From: Spirochaetia bacterium
Lineage (GTDB): Bacteria; Spirochaetota; Spirochaetia; UBA9216
DNA length: 64,000 nt
Assembly (NCBI GenBank): GCA_963675665.1
Contig: OY776510.1
Coordinates: 1,728,001 to 1,792,000 of the forward strand
Reading direction: 5' to 3'
Positions 41,968 through 52,817 of this stretch are shown here, in pieces; position 1 is the stretch's first letter; each line of letters starts with the position of its first letter. The notes beneath the pieces were generated by a model, which ran no database searches, was not told where the DNA came from, and was given only the letters and a program-made list of their open reading frames with translations. The translations under genes and the position numbers were made by a program.

Positions 41968-43062
41968 ATGAGATATTCACTTATTCTTGCCGGCGGCAGC
42001 GGAACCAGGTTATGGCCCATGAGCACGTCCGTTCAGCCGAAACAGCTTATACCTTTTATAAACGGAAGAAGTCTTCTCCAGATAGCGCATGAAAGGCTTG
42101 ACGGGCTTATTGCTCCGGAGAACAGATATATCTGTGCCGGAAATGCGCATAAAAATGCGATATTAGACCGGCTTCACAGATTTGACGAAAGCAGGTTTAT
42201 AGGAGAGCCGACAGGACGCGACACGCTGAATGCGCTGGCTTACAGTGCGGCAGTCTTGCATGGCGAGGATCCTGATGCGGTTATGGCGGTGTTTACTGCT
42301 GATCACATTATTGAACCGGTTGGTGAATTTCTCAAGATAGTGGAAAAGGGGTATGAGATTGTAGAAAACAACGAAAATACCCTTGTTACCTTCGGAATAA
42401 CCCCGGATCATGCTGCTACAGGGTTCGGCTATCTTGAGCTCGGCGATGAATTTTACAAAGGTTCGCGCAAACTGAAACAGTTCAGGGAGAAACCGGAGAA
42501 AGCCGGGGCGGAAAAGTACTATGCGGCCGGCCCGGAAAGCTATCTCTGGAACAGCGGAATGTTTGTATGGAAAGCGTCAACGCTGCTGGAATGCGTAAAG
42601 AAATATGAATATGAAAATTACTTGCAGATAATGAAAATTGCAGCAAGCCGGGGAACAGAAGCCTTTGAAAGCACCCTTGGGAAAATTTATAAGGATTTGA
42701 AAAAAATCAGCATTGATTTCGCCGTTATGGAACCGGCTTCAAAAGACGACGGTTTCAATGTTGTTTCTGTTCCGATGCCGCTGACATGGCTGGATATCGG
42801 GTCCTGGACAGCTTTTGCAGGCATCTGTGAAAAGGATGACAGCGGAAACAGTTTCGGAATAAAGAACCGGGTTCTGCTTGACAGCTCGGACAATCTTCTT
42901 GTTTCGGAGGAAGAAAACCATCTTATTGCCGGGATAGGGCTGGAGGGGTTGATAGTAATACATACTCCCGGGGCCACAATGATTTGTCCGAAAGATCGTG
43001 ATCAGGAAATTAAAAAGCTGTATGGCGCCGTCAGGGAAAAATATGGAGATAATTATATTTAA
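41968..43062 (+). CDS. manC: Mannose-1-phosphate guanylyltransferase-like nucleotidyltransferase
   Basis: ILAGGSGTRLWPMS, PKQ, EPTGRDT, ADH, FREKP, WNSGMF, SIDFAVME, WLDIGSW. Confidence 0.88.
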   Translation: MRYSLILAGGSGTRLWPMSTSVQPKQLIPFINGRSLLQIAHERLDGLIAPENRYICAGNAHKNAILDRLHRFDESRFIGEPTGRDTLNALAYSAAVLHGEDPDAVMAVFTADHIIEPVGEFLKIVEKGYEIVENNENTLVTFGITPDHAATGFGYLELGDEFYKGSRKLKQFREKPEKAGAEKYYAAGPESYLWNSGMFVWKASTLLECVKKYEYENYLQIMKIAASRGTEAFESTLGKIYKDLKKISIDFAVMEPASKDDGFNVVSVPMPLTWLDIGSWTAFAGICEKDDSGNSFGIKNRVLLDSSDNLLVSEEENHLIAGIGLEGLIVIHTPGATMICPKDRDQEIKKLYGAVREKYGDNYI

Positions 43063-43132
43063 GATGCACTTATGTTCATTATTCTGCAGATAACTTGATC
43101 TATTAATTGTTTAGTGGTATCTATTTAGTTCT

Positions 43133-45136
43133 ATGGAGCAACAAAATACGAAATTTAGCTATAGAAAATTAAAAAAAGATGAAATAGAGGTGATGATTGA
43201 ACGCGGCTGCGTTTGCGAAGAGTGGGACAGGATTGACGTTGCTGAGGATTTTCTTCCGGAGCGGTTTAAGAACGTTGCATTCTACGGAGATGTAAAGCTC
43301 GGCAGAATGGATAAACGTATAGATTCTGTAAGCGGCATCAGTCGAAAATGCGGAATCTATAATTCGGCAATACACAACTGTGTGATTAATGACAATGTCT
43401 ATATCAGAAATGTATCAAATTACATATCAAACTACCTTATTGAGCAGGATGTCATTATAGACGGAATAAATACCCTGGAAGTTACCGGAATGACAAGTTT
43501 CGGCAACGGGGTTCGGGCGTCGGTCATCAATGAAGGCGGCGGCCGTGAAGTTCCCATATATGACAGGCTTTCAGCGCATGAGGCTTATATAATCGCGCTT
43601 TACCGACATAAAGTGGCGCTGCTTGACAGGTTGCGCAGTATGATTGAAGCCTACTGTGATTCGGTTCGTTCGGATATGGGAGTTATCGGGGCCGGCACTC
43701 ATATTTCTTATTGCGGACACATTTCAAATGTAAAAATAGGTAATCACGCTGATATTGTAGGGATAGTTCGCCTTAAAAACGGAACAATCAAATCAACTTC
43801 GGATGCGCCTACAAGCGTTGGCGCCGGTGTTATTGCCGAAGATTTTATTCTGGCTTCAGGAAGCAGCGTTACCGACGGTGTAATCCTCGATCGCTGTTTT
43901 GTAGGCCAGGGAACAGAGCTCTCCAAACAGTATTCTGCGGAGAATTCGGTTTTCTTTGCGAATTGCGGAGGATTCCACGGAGAAGCCTGTTCGGTTTTTG
44001 CCGGTCCCTACACCGTAACACATCATAAATCAACATTGCTGATTGCCGGGCTTTATTCATTTATGAATGCCGGCTCAGGTTCAAATCAGAGCAATCATAT
44101 GTATAAACTCGGGCCCGTACACCAGGGAATTCTTGAACGGGGGACCAAGACCACGTCTAATTCGTACATAATATTTCCGGCCAGAATCGGCGCATTTACC
44201 CTTGTCATGGGGCGCCACGGGTCAAATCCTGATACTTCTGATCTGCCGTACAGTTATTTGATTGAAGAGGATGATGAAAGCGTGCTTGTTCCCGGTGTTA
44301 ATATCAAGAGTGTCGGGACAGTCAGGGATTCGAAGAAGTGGCCGAGACGCGACAGGCGTCTGGGGTCCGACCGTCTGGATTATATTACGTTTTACCTGCT
44401 TACGCCTTATACGGTTCAGAAAATGATTGCCGGAAAATTCATGCTGGAGAAACTTCAAAAAGAATCCGGAACATCTACCCAGAAATATTACCACAACGGA
44501 GTTAAAATAAGCCGATCCTCACTTGTTAAAGGAATCAAATATTATAATCTCGGAATTACCCGCTTCGTCGGTAACGTGCTGGTGTCTTTACTGAAGAGGA
44601 AAGGTTTCTCCAATATTGAGGAAATAAGAGCGCTTATTGACAGCGGTGATGATCTGGGTTGCAGCAAATGGCTTGATCTGGCAGGGTTGATAGTTCCGGA
44701 GGCCGCTGTTGAGCAGCTTTTCAGCAAAATCGAAAGCGGAGAGATAAGCGGGCTAAAGCAGGTAAGCGCTGAATTCAGGCGGATGCACAAGAGTTACAGT
44801 TCCTATGAAATAGCCTGGATGAAAGACCGTCTGGAGTCGTGGCTTGGCAAACCCAGCTGTGATTTTACGGCTGAAGATATATCGGGTGTTCTGGGAGAAT
44901 GGCTGAAGGCGGTTGAAACTCTCGACCAGATGCGCTGTGCTGATGCACGCAAGGAGTTCAGCGCAACTGCCATGGTCGGTTTCGGAATAGACGGTGATAC
45001 TGATGACAAACAGCAGGATTTTATTGAAGTCAGGGGCGAAGAAGACACAAATGATTTCATAACCCAGCTTAAGGCCCGCCTTGAACTGAAACAAAATACT
45101 GTGGCCGAACTGAAACAGAAACTGGCATTTCTCTAA
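43133..45136 (+). CDS. DUF4954-family protein (hexapeptide/beta-helix-like N-terminus)
   Basis: FGNGVRASVINEGGGREV, GEACSVFAGPYTVTHHKSTLLIAG, GSGSNQSNHMYKLGPVHQG. Confidence 0.8.
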   Translation: MEQQNTKFSYRKLKKDEIEVMIERGCVCEEWDRIDVAEDFLPERFKNVAFYGDVKLGRMDKRIDSVSGISRKCGIYNSAIHNCVINDNVYIRNVSNYISNYLIEQDVIIDGINTLEVTGMTSFGNGVRASVINEGGGREVPIYDRLSAHEAYIIALYRHKVALLDRLRSMIEAYCDSVRSDMGVIGAGTHISYCGHISNVKIGNHADIVGIVRLKNGTIKSTSDAPTSVGAGVIAEDFILASGSSVTDGVILDRCFVGQGTELSKQYSAENSVFFANCGGFHGEACSVFAGPYTVTHHKSTLLIAGLYSFMNAGSGSNQSNHMYKLGPVHQGILERGTKTTSNSYIIFPARIGAFTLVMGRHGSNPDTSDLPYSYLIEEDDESVLVPGVNIKSVGTVRDSKKWPRRDRRLGSDRLDYITFYLLTPYTVQKMIAGKFMLEKLQKESGTSTQKYYHNGVKISRSSLVKGIKYYNLGITRFVGNVLVSLLKRKGFSNIEEIRALIDSGDDLGCSKWLDLAGLIVPEAAVEQLFSKIESGEISGLKQVSAEFRRMHKSYSSYEIAWMKDRLESWLGKPSCDFTAEDISGVLGEWLKAVETLDQMRCADARKEFSATAMVGFGIDGDTDDKQQDFIEVRGEEDTNDFITQLKARLELKQNTVAELKQKLAFL

Positions 45137-45165
45137 AGGCCAATCAAGAATTACTGTCCAACGAT

Positions 45166-45225
45166 TTGACTTACTGTCAGTTATGGATTATATTATGACT
45201 GTAGGGTCATGTGACCATGAAGTCA
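45166..45225 (+). promoter_or_regulatory. Promoter with tandem TetR-type operators
   Basis: TTGACT-17bp-TATATT; TGAC-N6-GTCA at 45196-45209 and 45212-45225. Confidence 0.65.
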
Positions 45226-45256
45226 TATGATGCGGCCGTCTCACCTGGGGTGTTGA

Positions 45257-45910
45257 ATGCCGAAAGAAACATTTTTCAATTTGCCGGATGAAAAACGTCG
45301 ACTCATCGAGAATACGGCAATAACTGAATTCGCAGCCCGCGGATTTGATAAAGCTTCAGTAAACACAATTGTACAGAACTCCGGTATTGCCAAAGGCAGT
45401 TTCTATCAGTATTTTACCGGTAAAAAAGACCTGTTTTTTTATATCATCATGGAAGTTGCGGCCCGAAGAAAGCTGCAGTACATGTCTCCTGTGTTAAAGA
45501 ATCCTGAAGGTATTGATTTTTTTATAATTCTGAAAGAACTCTTCATCTCAGGGCTGAGATTTGCTGCTGAGCATCCCGAATTGGAAAAACTGGGAATGTG
45601 GGTTGTGAATAACACCGGGCACCCTGTTTATAATGAATTATTCAATGGATCCGGGCACCTTTCAACAGATATATACAGGCAGATGCTCTCTGCTTCAGCG
45701 GACAGGGGAGAACTGCGCAGTGATATCGATATTGATTTTATCAGTTTTCTTTTCCCTGTATTGCTGTCAGGAACAATGGATTACTGTTTAAAGAATTCCT
45801 GTGGGAAGAAGGTTGACGGAGTCTCCGATATCAGCGATGAGATTATGAAAAAAGTCGATTTGATGATTGATTTTTTAAGAGACGGAATAGGAAAAATAAA
45901 GATGGCCTGA
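45257..45910 (+). CDS. TetR/AcrR-family regulator
   Basis: MPKETFFNLPDEKR...ASVNTIVQNSGIAKGSFYQYF..KKDL. Confidence 0.95.
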   Translation: MPKETFFNLPDEKRRLIENTAITEFAARGFDKASVNTIVQNSGIAKGSFYQYFTGKKDLFFYIIMEVAARRKLQYMSPVLKNPEGIDFFIILKELFISGLRFAAEHPELEKLGMWVVNNTGHPVYNELFNGSGHLSTDIYRQMLSASADRGELRSDIDIDFISFLFPVLLSGTMDYCLKNSCGKKVDGVSDISDEIMKKVDLMIDFLRDGIGKIKMA

Positions 45911-45953
45911 CACCGCCATCCAGGACGGGTCATTTTTGTAGAAGGAGTGAATC

Positions 45954-46808
45954 ATGATTTCGGTAAAAAACCTTTCCCATTCATATCATAAGGATGGAAA
46001 TCTTGCGGTAAACAACATCAGTTTTGAGATAGAAAAAGGCGAGACTTTCGGGTTCCTGGGGCCTTCGGGCGCCGGTAAATCCACAACCCAGGGTATTTTG
46101 ACGGGGCTTTTAAAGCAGCAGGAAGGCGAGGTCATTGTTGCCGGGTATAATGTAAAAAAGGTTCAGAATGAAAGATTCAATAAAATAGGTGTTTCGTTTG
46201 AACAGTCCAATGTATACAGCAAGCTGACTGCCAAAGAGAACCTTGACTGCTATGCCAAACTGTTTGATGTTCCCACACTTGATTCAATGGAGCTCCTTCG
46301 TCTGGTGGGCCTTGACGGCAAGGAAAACGAACGTGCGGGAGATTTTTCCAAGGGCATGAAACACCGCCTGACTTTTGCACGTTCAATGATTAATAATCCT
46401 GAACTATGGTTTCTTGATGAACCGACAACAGGGCTTGACCCGGCCATTGCTGCAACAATCAAGGACATTATCAGGGAACGGGCGTCCGGGGGAACTACCT
46501 CCTTTCTGACCACACATAATATGTATATAGCCGATGAGCTTTGCGACAGGGTTGCATTTATAATTGACGGTGAAATTAAACTGATCGATACCCCGAAGAA
46601 CCTAAAACTGCAGTATGGTCAGAAATTGATTGATATCGAATATATTGATAACGGCAAGGTTGTAAAAGAAACACTGAAAACCGTTACCGAAGCCGATCGC
46701 CGGCGTATCGGAGAAATCATCGATAGCCATGATATTCAGACAATGCATACCAAAGAAGCAACCCTTGAAGAGATCTTCATCCAGGTAACCGGAAGGGGGC
46801 TTGTTTAG
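45954..46808 (+). CDS. ABC-2 exporter ATP-binding protein
   Basis: GPSGAGKST, FSKGMKHR, FLDEPTTGLDP, LTTHNM. Confidence 0.95.
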   Translation: MISVKNLSHSYHKDGNLAVNNISFEIEKGETFGFLGPSGAGKSTTQGILTGLLKQQEGEVIVAGYNVKKVQNERFNKIGVSFEQSNVYSKLTAKENLDCYAKLFDVPTLDSMELLRLVGLDGKENERAGDFSKGMKHRLTFARSMINNPELWFLDEPTTGLDPAIAATIKDIIRERASGGTTSFLTTHNMYIADELCDRVAFIIDGEIKLIDTPKNLKLQYGQKLIDIEYIDNGKVVKETLKTVTEADRRRIGEIIDSHDIQTMHTKEATLEEIFIQVTGRGLV

Positions 46809-46809
46809 A

Positions 46810-47997
46810 ATGAAACTTTTAAGCTCTTATTTCAAAGAGATGAAGATAGCTGCAAGGGGATTTTACTTTTATATTGAAATTGTCATTGCTGTAATAATAC
46901 TTGTAATATTGCTTGTTGCGGTAAATGAAAAATCGGTAAGCAAGCAGAAGGAGTTTGTGTATTACGATATGCCCCGGGAAATGAAGGAATATCTGATACA
47001 GAATGAGATCGACAAGGGGACGCTGAAGCCGGTTGAACCTGCAGAGTTTAAGATGAAGGCTGTTGAGTTTGATGTCGGGAATGTTGAAACCGGAGAGGTC
47101 ACACATTATGTTTTCGGGAAAGAGATATATAGTATTGAAACATACCAGGAGTGGGACCCTGATACCGGAGAACTTGTAAAGACTGCATATATCACTGAGA
47201 GTGAAGAGCAGATGATACGCCTGTCCCGGCAGGAGCGGAAGATCGGTGCAGCAATCGCTGTGAATGACGCCGGAGAAAGAACATTCAGGTACTATAATCA
47301 GGGTTATGAGACGGAACGTTTTATAAATCTGCTCTATGTTCTTCATAACGAATCACCTGAAGCCCTGAAGATTGCTGTAGATAAGCAGGAGGTCCGGAAA
47401 GCCGGAGATGTTCAGGTTCTGAATAACCGTGAAAATCTGGTGCCCACAATGGTAGTATTCATGGGCTCGCTTATGGGATTCTTCATAGTTGTGGCTTATA
47501 TTTTTCTTGATAAGACGGAAGGTGTTATCCGCGCCTTTGCAGTTACACCCTCATCGGTATGGAAGTACCTTTTAAGCAAAACAATGATTATACTAACAAC
47601 CGTTCTGATATCCTCTTCGATCATTACAATACCGGTGCTGGGTACTCAGCCGAACTATCTCCTGTTCTATCTGCTGCTTCTGATATCAACATTCGCTTTT
47701 GCGGCCCTGGGGCTGCTGATTTCAAGTTTCTTCGATACGATATCCAAAGCATTCGGCGTCCTGTATTTTTTCATGATTGCATTGATGATCCCGGCATTCT
47801 CATATTACATTCCCGGTTTTGATCCGGTATGGCTGAGGTTTTTTCCGACATATCCGTTGCTGCAGAGCATGAAGGAAATTTTAATGATCAGCACCGACGT
47901 GAAGTATGTACTGAGCTGTTCCGGTGTCTTTCTTGCAGGCGGAATCCTGCTGTTTTTGCTTGCGAACATCAGGTTTAAAAAGACGTTGACGGTATAA
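46810..47997 (+). CDS. ABC-2 exporter permease
   Basis: DKTEGVIRAFAVTPSSVWKYLLSK plus TM segments. Confidence 0.88.
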   Translation: MKLLSSYFKEMKIAARGFYFYIEIVIAVIILVILLVAVNEKSVSKQKEFVYYDMPREMKEYLIQNEIDKGTLKPVEPAEFKMKAVEFDVGNVETGEVTHYVFGKEIYSIETYQEWDPDTGELVKTAYITESEEQMIRLSRQERKIGAAIAVNDAGERTFRYYNQGYETERFINLLYVLHNESPEALKIAVDKQEVRKAGDVQVLNNRENLVPTMVVFMGSLMGFFIVVAYIFLDKTEGVIRAFAVTPSSVWKYLLSKTMIILTTVLISSSIITIPVLGTQPNYLLFYLLLLISTFAFAALGLLISSFFDTISKAFGVLYFFMIALMIPAFSYYIPGFDPVWLRFFPTYPLLQSMKEILMISTDVKYVLSCSGVFLAGGILLFLLANIRFKKTLTV

Positions 47998-47998
47998 G

Positions 47999-48099
47999 AA
48001 GCGGGATTCCGAAATAGCTTCCCTGCTATTTCAGAATCATGAAGGTTGAAAACACAGTTTCCAACCTTCAACCCCTGAAAACCCGCATCCATGCGGGAA
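47999..48099 (+). repeat. Dispersed multi-hairpin intergenic element, copy B
   Basis: Three hairpins ending AAACCCGCATCCATGCGGGAA (48079-48099), identical to 57508-57528. Confidence 0.7.
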
Positions 48100-48117
48100 C
48101 TTTTTACAGGAGGGACT

Positions 48118-49119
48118 ATGTTCAAGAATGCTTTTAAGATTTTTATAAGAGACTTTAAGATAGCAAGACGTGATTCCATGGGACTGGTTATCATGATAAT
48201 GCCGATAATTCTGGCGATCGGATTGAATTTCTTTATTCCGGGGCTGAACGACACAACCGTAAATCTTGCCCTGCTCGAAAACGACAGCGCGGAACATATT
48301 GAGTATATGGAACAGTTTGCAAATGTTGAGATCTTCAGCAATGAGGATGATTTGACAGACCGTGTGAACAAGCGCGATGATGTAGCAGCAATAGTACCGA
48401 AAGGAGATGCCTGGGAGATTGTCCTGCAGGGAAATGAACCGGGGATTGTCGAAAGCTACGCAAAGGCTCTGAATGCACTATATGAACTTGGAGCAACCAG
48501 GGAAGAAACTACTGCAGCCATGTACTCATTCGGACATACCGTCTCGCCTGTCAAGACAATGATGGTGAATATGCTGATATCCATGATTATAATGCTTTCG
48601 GGTATGCTGATCGCCATAAGCATAGTAGGGGAGAAGGCTGATAATACAATCAATGCCGTAAATGTTACTCCCGCATCACAGACCGCCTTCATTCTGGGAA
48701 AGAGCATGATGGGCGGGATGGTCGCGCTGCTTTCAATCATTATATCGCTTATTGTGACCGGTTATTATGATATCAACTGGTTTATGATTATACTCGTAGG
48801 ACTGTCTTCAATGCTGCTTGCGCTGACAGTCGGTTTTGTTCAGGGGCTTGCAAGTGATGATGTGATTGAGGCGGCCACAAATGTAAAGATGATTATGATT
48901 CCTATCGCCGGTTCAATTGCGGGCTACGAGCTGCTTTCGGACAAATGGCAATGGACACTGTACTGGAGCCCGTTTTACTGGGCCTATAAGGCTAATCTGA
49001 TGGTGCTGTCGAAGACTGCCGACTGGCCGACGGTACTGCTTTGTACCGGTATGGTTCTCGTTCTTTCATTAGCGGTTTATTTCCTGCTGAAGTCCAGGAT
49101 AAGAGAGGGATTAAGCTGA
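48118..49119 (+). CDS. ABC-2 exporter permease
   Basis: AGGAGG RBS; EKADNTINAVNVTP...FILGKS; SPFYWAY. Confidence 0.88.
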   Translation: MFKNAFKIFIRDFKIARRDSMGLVIMIMPIILAIGLNFFIPGLNDTTVNLALLENDSAEHIEYMEQFANVEIFSNEDDLTDRVNKRDDVAAIVPKGDAWEIVLQGNEPGIVESYAKALNALYELGATREETTAAMYSFGHTVSPVKTMMVNMLISMIIMLSGMLIAISIVGEKADNTINAVNVTPASQTAFILGKSMMGGMVALLSIIISLIVTGYYDINWFMIILVGLSSMLLALTVGFVQGLASDDVIEAATNVKMIMIPIAGSIAGYELLSDKWQWTLYWSPFYWAYKANLMVLSKTADWPTVLLCTGMVLVLSLAVYFLLKSRIREGLS

Positions 49120-49210
49120 AACAGCTTCCTTGCTGTTTCAGCTTAATGGAACGCCACACCATCGGTGCTGCTTCGCAGTCCGTGGCGAAAGTTTTTTTAA
49201 GGAGATTTGT

Positions 49211-49435
49211 ATGGGTATTGGGTATTTGCTGGGCGGAATCGCATGTCTTTTATATTTCGCGTTTGTCGGCTATTTCGGCGGAATTAAGAAGGCGCCGGGA
49301 CTGCTTAAACTTGTAAAGATGAAACTTGGCAAGAACATTTCTGATGATACGGCGGCAAAAATCTGTATTGTCATGTCAATTATTATTCTGGCTCTCGGGA
49401 TATTTCTCTTTATTTTCGGTGGAATTAAAGGGTAA
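49211..49435 (+). CDS. Small two-TM membrane protein
   Basis: AAGGAG RBS; MGIGYLLGGIACLLYFAFVG...IILALGIFLFIFG. Confidence 0.7.
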   Translation: MGIGYLLGGIACLLYFAFVGYFGGIKKAPGLLKLVKMKLGKNISDDTAAKICIVMSIIILALGIFLFIFGGIKG

Positions 49436-49465
49436 GAGAATTTCTCCTGCTGTTCGCGGTTTTAT

Positions 49466-52400
49466 CTACACGATCGTTTCATCGCGCCACATTGAGTCGT
49501 CCGGGGCAGCCCCGCCGAGAAGGCGATCTTTAAGAATAATGGTTTTTTCGTCGGCAGTTACCTTGTAATATGCCTGCAGCTTTTTGTTCAGTTTATCGAA
49601 CATTCTTGGAATCTCGCTTCTGTTGCCGACGGATGCGCTGGCAACCATCAGCATTCTGTATGCGGGTTCGCAGAGCGGGTCGGCATCGATCAGATGTTTG
49701 GCCCATTCGAGGGCTTCCCTGAACTCTGCGGCATTAAGGGACAGGAGAATCATCTTAAAAAGAAGGTTTCTGTATTTGGAACGAAGTGTCTCGCGTTCGT
49801 CTCTGATGAAGTCGAAGTAAAGATCATTTTCAAGAAAATCACCTTTGTACAGTTCTATTGCCGAACGGTATAAACGGATAGACATTTCGTAGTTGCCGTT
49901 TTTTTCCGCTTCTGTTCCAAGTTTTATAAATTCAAGAAATCTGTCGGCATCCGTAATGACCGTGTCCTCTTTAAACCGTAGAGAATTAACATCGGTATAT
50001 AAAAAATCATCCTTGTTATTCAGTAATTTGCGTAACCTGTAGATAATGGTATTTAAATTGTCCCGCGCGCTTTTATAGGAATAGCGCGGCCAGAAAAGTT
50101 CATAAATGCGCTCTTTCATTATTCCGGTTTTTCTGTAGACTATCAGAAGTTTCAATAAATCCATTACCCTTTTCTGTCCGCCCAGCAGATCAGCTGATAC
50201 TTCACTGCCTTTGACGAATACGCTGAATGTCCCAAGCGTATTGATTTCCAGTTCGTAATGTGATTTAGACATTTTTTCATACTGCTTATCATGTTTCAGC
50301 CTGGGAAACTCTTCGAAAATGCTGCTTTTATTAATTTCGGCAATTGCTTTTAGGAGCTCCGGAGAGCAAATATCCAGATTGGTGTAAGAGTTATCCGTTA
50401 CGATCTTTTCCATTTTTTTGAAATACGATTTTGACTCTGTTTTGGCGCCGCCGAGATGTTTATTATAACTCATTAATGCCAAAGCTGTTGCATATGGATA
50501 CGGGAACTCTTCCTTGTCTATTGCCCCCAGCAGTTTTTCAATCAGTTTTATGCTGGTTTTGGGGTTGTCGGTAAACAGGCTTACTTCGGCAAGAACAAGA
50601 AGGCTGAACGGAAAATCAGTTCTTAACAGTTTCTCGTTCTCCTTTTCCTGCAGCCTGTTGCAGTAATATTTTGCACGGCGCTTGTTCCCTGTCCGGTAGG
50701 CAATAAGCATTTCGAACAGGAATTCATAATTATATTTCAGGTAAAGGTTTTCTCCGGTTTCGTTATCTCTCAATTTCTCGTATAGGGCTTCTGCCTTTTC
50801 AACATTATTAAGATAAAGATTGTAATATACCAGGTTAAGATAAAGATACGGTTTAAAAGCGAATTCGCCGCCGGATGAAGAAAGGGCCTTGTGAATCTGG
50901 GAAATTGCGGTTGATATCTCTCCGCAATAGAAATATGTATCGCCGAGATAAAAGCTGGACAGACTCTGATATTGCCGGTAAAGATGGAAAGACCCTTCGG
51001 TAAACAGGTTCTCCGTTTTTTTCAGAAGCTTCTTTGCGCTGTTAAATTCTCCTCTTGCTATATAAATCTTGGACAATACAAGCCTGGAGCAGAGAAAGGC
51101 TTCCTCATTATGCAGGCGGGTCGAGGTTTCTTCGGCCCGAAGGGCTATTTCAAAAGCCTGAATTCGTGAGGCTCCGGTCCACCATTGTCCGAGGGGTATA
51201 AGGACTTTTAAAAGTTCGTATTTTTCAATAGGTATTTTCTCACCGTTTTTTAGCAGAAACTCTTCAGCCATATTTATAATATTCCCGACGGTTTCGGCGT
51301 TAGTCTGGAAGAAAAAATAATTTGTTAAAAGTACGGTATATATTGTAGCCTGTCTGTCGTAATCTTCCGAGCTGTTGAATATATACAGCAGTTTTAACAG
51401 CTGCTTTCGTGAAGTTTCAGGCTGCATGAGGTTGTTGACAATTGCGTTGTAGTACGACAGATAAGGATCGGCCTCCTGCATCTCCTGGGGAAAGAACGAA
51501 AGCAGATCGTTGATTGATTCGTATTCATTATTTTTGATTAAATCTTCAGCGTAATTGAGCAGCTGGTGCTTTGCATTTTCATACATTTCAGCCTTGCACA
51601 GGAATTCCACAGCCTTTCTGATGTCTTCTTCTTCAAGATAATATTCGGCAATGCCGGAAAGGGCGGTGCTGATTCTTTCTTTTCCAAGGCCCAGGAATTC
51701 ATTATGAAGATAGGTTCGAAATATAGGGTTGAAAGAGCAATGGTAAGTGGCCGGTATCTTTAAACTTATAAAGAGATTCATCCGCTGCAGTTCTTTTATG
51801 GTTTTGAAGCCGTTGCCGCCGGTAATTACTTCTACGAGATGGGGTGAGAATTCTTCCACAGCACCAAGCTGGACAAGGGTTTCGGTCATTTCCGACGGAA
51901 GGTGCTGAAGAATCTGGGTTTTCAGGTAATCGTCGATTTCCGGAATTGACTGTGTTACAAGGAAATCTTCAAGCAGATATTCGCCTTCTTTTCTTGGCAG
52001 GCAGCAGATTTTTTCAAGCAGAAATATTATTGCGGTTATCCAGCCTTCAGTTACCTCAATCAGTCGTTCAAGGACAATCGAATCCAGGGTCATGTCATAA
52101 AGATTATAGATAAGATTATGTATATCGTCCCTGTTGAAAGCCAGGTCTCGGTTTTTGAGTTCAGTCAGTTCCTTTCTGGATCTGATGCGTGCAAGAGACA
52201 GGTTGGGCGTCTCTCTTGTCAACAGGATAATATGGATTCTTGTAGAAAGTTGTTCAAGAAGTCGTTCTATAACCGTACATGATTCCGGCGCCCTGTTGAT
52301 AAATTCGTAATCTTCAAGAATCAGATAAAGGTTTTCCGGCAGTTTACTTATGATAGAATCGCACAATTTGTCTGATGCGCCTGCCGGGGTATCAGATTCG

Positions 52401-52684
52401 CTTACGGATATATTACGAAGGTTCGGTCTTTGATCTATATATGTGTTAAGCGTGTTTTGCAGTCTGTTCAACATTGTTAGATAATTGGTGTCCGTTCTCT
52501 GAATACGAAACCAGATACATTTATGTTCTTCAGTTTTAATAAAATCATAGGCTGCGGCTGATTTACCCATCCCGGGGCCTGTTTCAACTATAACGACATG
52601 CTTATCCTCAAGCGCACTGTATAGTCTTGGGCGGGACAGGACTTTTCTCAATTCCGGCGGCTGAAATTCTTTGGAAGAATGCAT
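49466..52684 (-). CDS. Large MalT-like NTPase/TPR regulator with C-terminal SARP-type HTH and BTAD domain
   Basis: PPELRKVLSRPRL, GPGMGKS, LILEDY, TEGWITAI; C-terminal LGTFSV, LFWP, NLNTIIYRLRKLL, AIELYKGDFL, DPLCEPAYRMLM. Confidence 0.88.
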   Translation of the reverse strand: MHSSKEFQPPELRKVLSRPRLYSALEDKHVVIVETGPGMGKSAAAYDFIKTEEHKCIWFRIQRTDTNYLTMLNRLQNTLNTYIDQRPNLRNISVSESDTPAGASDKLCDSIISKLPENLYLILEDYEFINRAPESCTVIERLLEQLSTRIHIILLTRETPNLSLARIRSRKELTELKNRDLAFNRDDIHNLIYNLYDMTLDSIVLERLIEVTEGWITAIIFLLEKICCLPRKEGEYLLEDFLVTQSIPEIDDYLKTQILQHLPSEMTETLVQLGAVEEFSPHLVEVITGGNGFKTIKELQRMNLFISLKIPATYHCSFNPIFRTYLHNEFLGLGKERISTALSGIAEYYLEEEDIRKAVEFLCKAEMYENAKHQLLNYAEDLIKNNEYESINDLLSFFPQEMQEADPYLSYYNAIVNNLMQPETSRKQLLKLLYIFNSSEDYDRQATIYTVLLTNYFFFQTNAETVGNIINMAEEFLLKNGEKIPIEKYELLKVLIPLGQWWTGASRIQAFEIALRAEETSTRLHNEEAFLCSRLVLSKIYIARGEFNSAKKLLKKTENLFTEGSFHLYRQYQSLSSFYLGDTYFYCGEISTAISQIHKALSSSGGEFAFKPYLYLNLVYYNLYLNNVEKAEALYEKLRDNETGENLYLKYNYEFLFEMLIAYRTGNKRRAKYYCNRLQEKENEKLLRTDFPFSLLVLAEVSLFTDNPKTSIKLIEKLLGAIDKEEFPYPYATALALMSYNKHLGGAKTESKSYFKKMEKIVTDNSYTNLDICSPELLKAIAEINKSSIFEEFPRLKHDKQYEKMSKSHYELEINTLGTFSVFVKGSEVSADLLGGQKRVMDLLKLLIVYRKTGIMKERIYELFWPRYSYKSARDNLNTIIYRLRKLLNNKDDFLYTDVNSLRFKEDTVITDADRFLEFIKLGTEAEKNGNYEMSIRLYRSAIELYKGDFLENDLYFDFIRDERETLRSKYRNLLFKMILLSLNAAEFREALEWAKHLIDADPLCEPAYRMLMVASASVGNRSEIPRMFDKLNKKLQAYYKVTADEKTIILKDRLLGGAAPDDSMWRDETIV

Positions 52685-52716
52685 AAAAACTCCTGATTAC
52701 TGTAAAAAAAAGTTCT

Positions 52717-52732
52717 TAACAGGGCGATGTTA
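52717..52732. promoter_or_regulatory. Palindrome TAACA-N6-TGTTA between the regulator and the aminotransferase
   Basis: TAACAGGGCGATGTTA; same motif at 54253-54268. Confidence 0.55.
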
Positions 52733-52817
52733 TTATCCGTTCAGAACTGTGACAGTACATTATTGTATAAAAAAACATAAAACTCAACATATTATTTTTT
52801 ATAGAGAGGTATACAGA

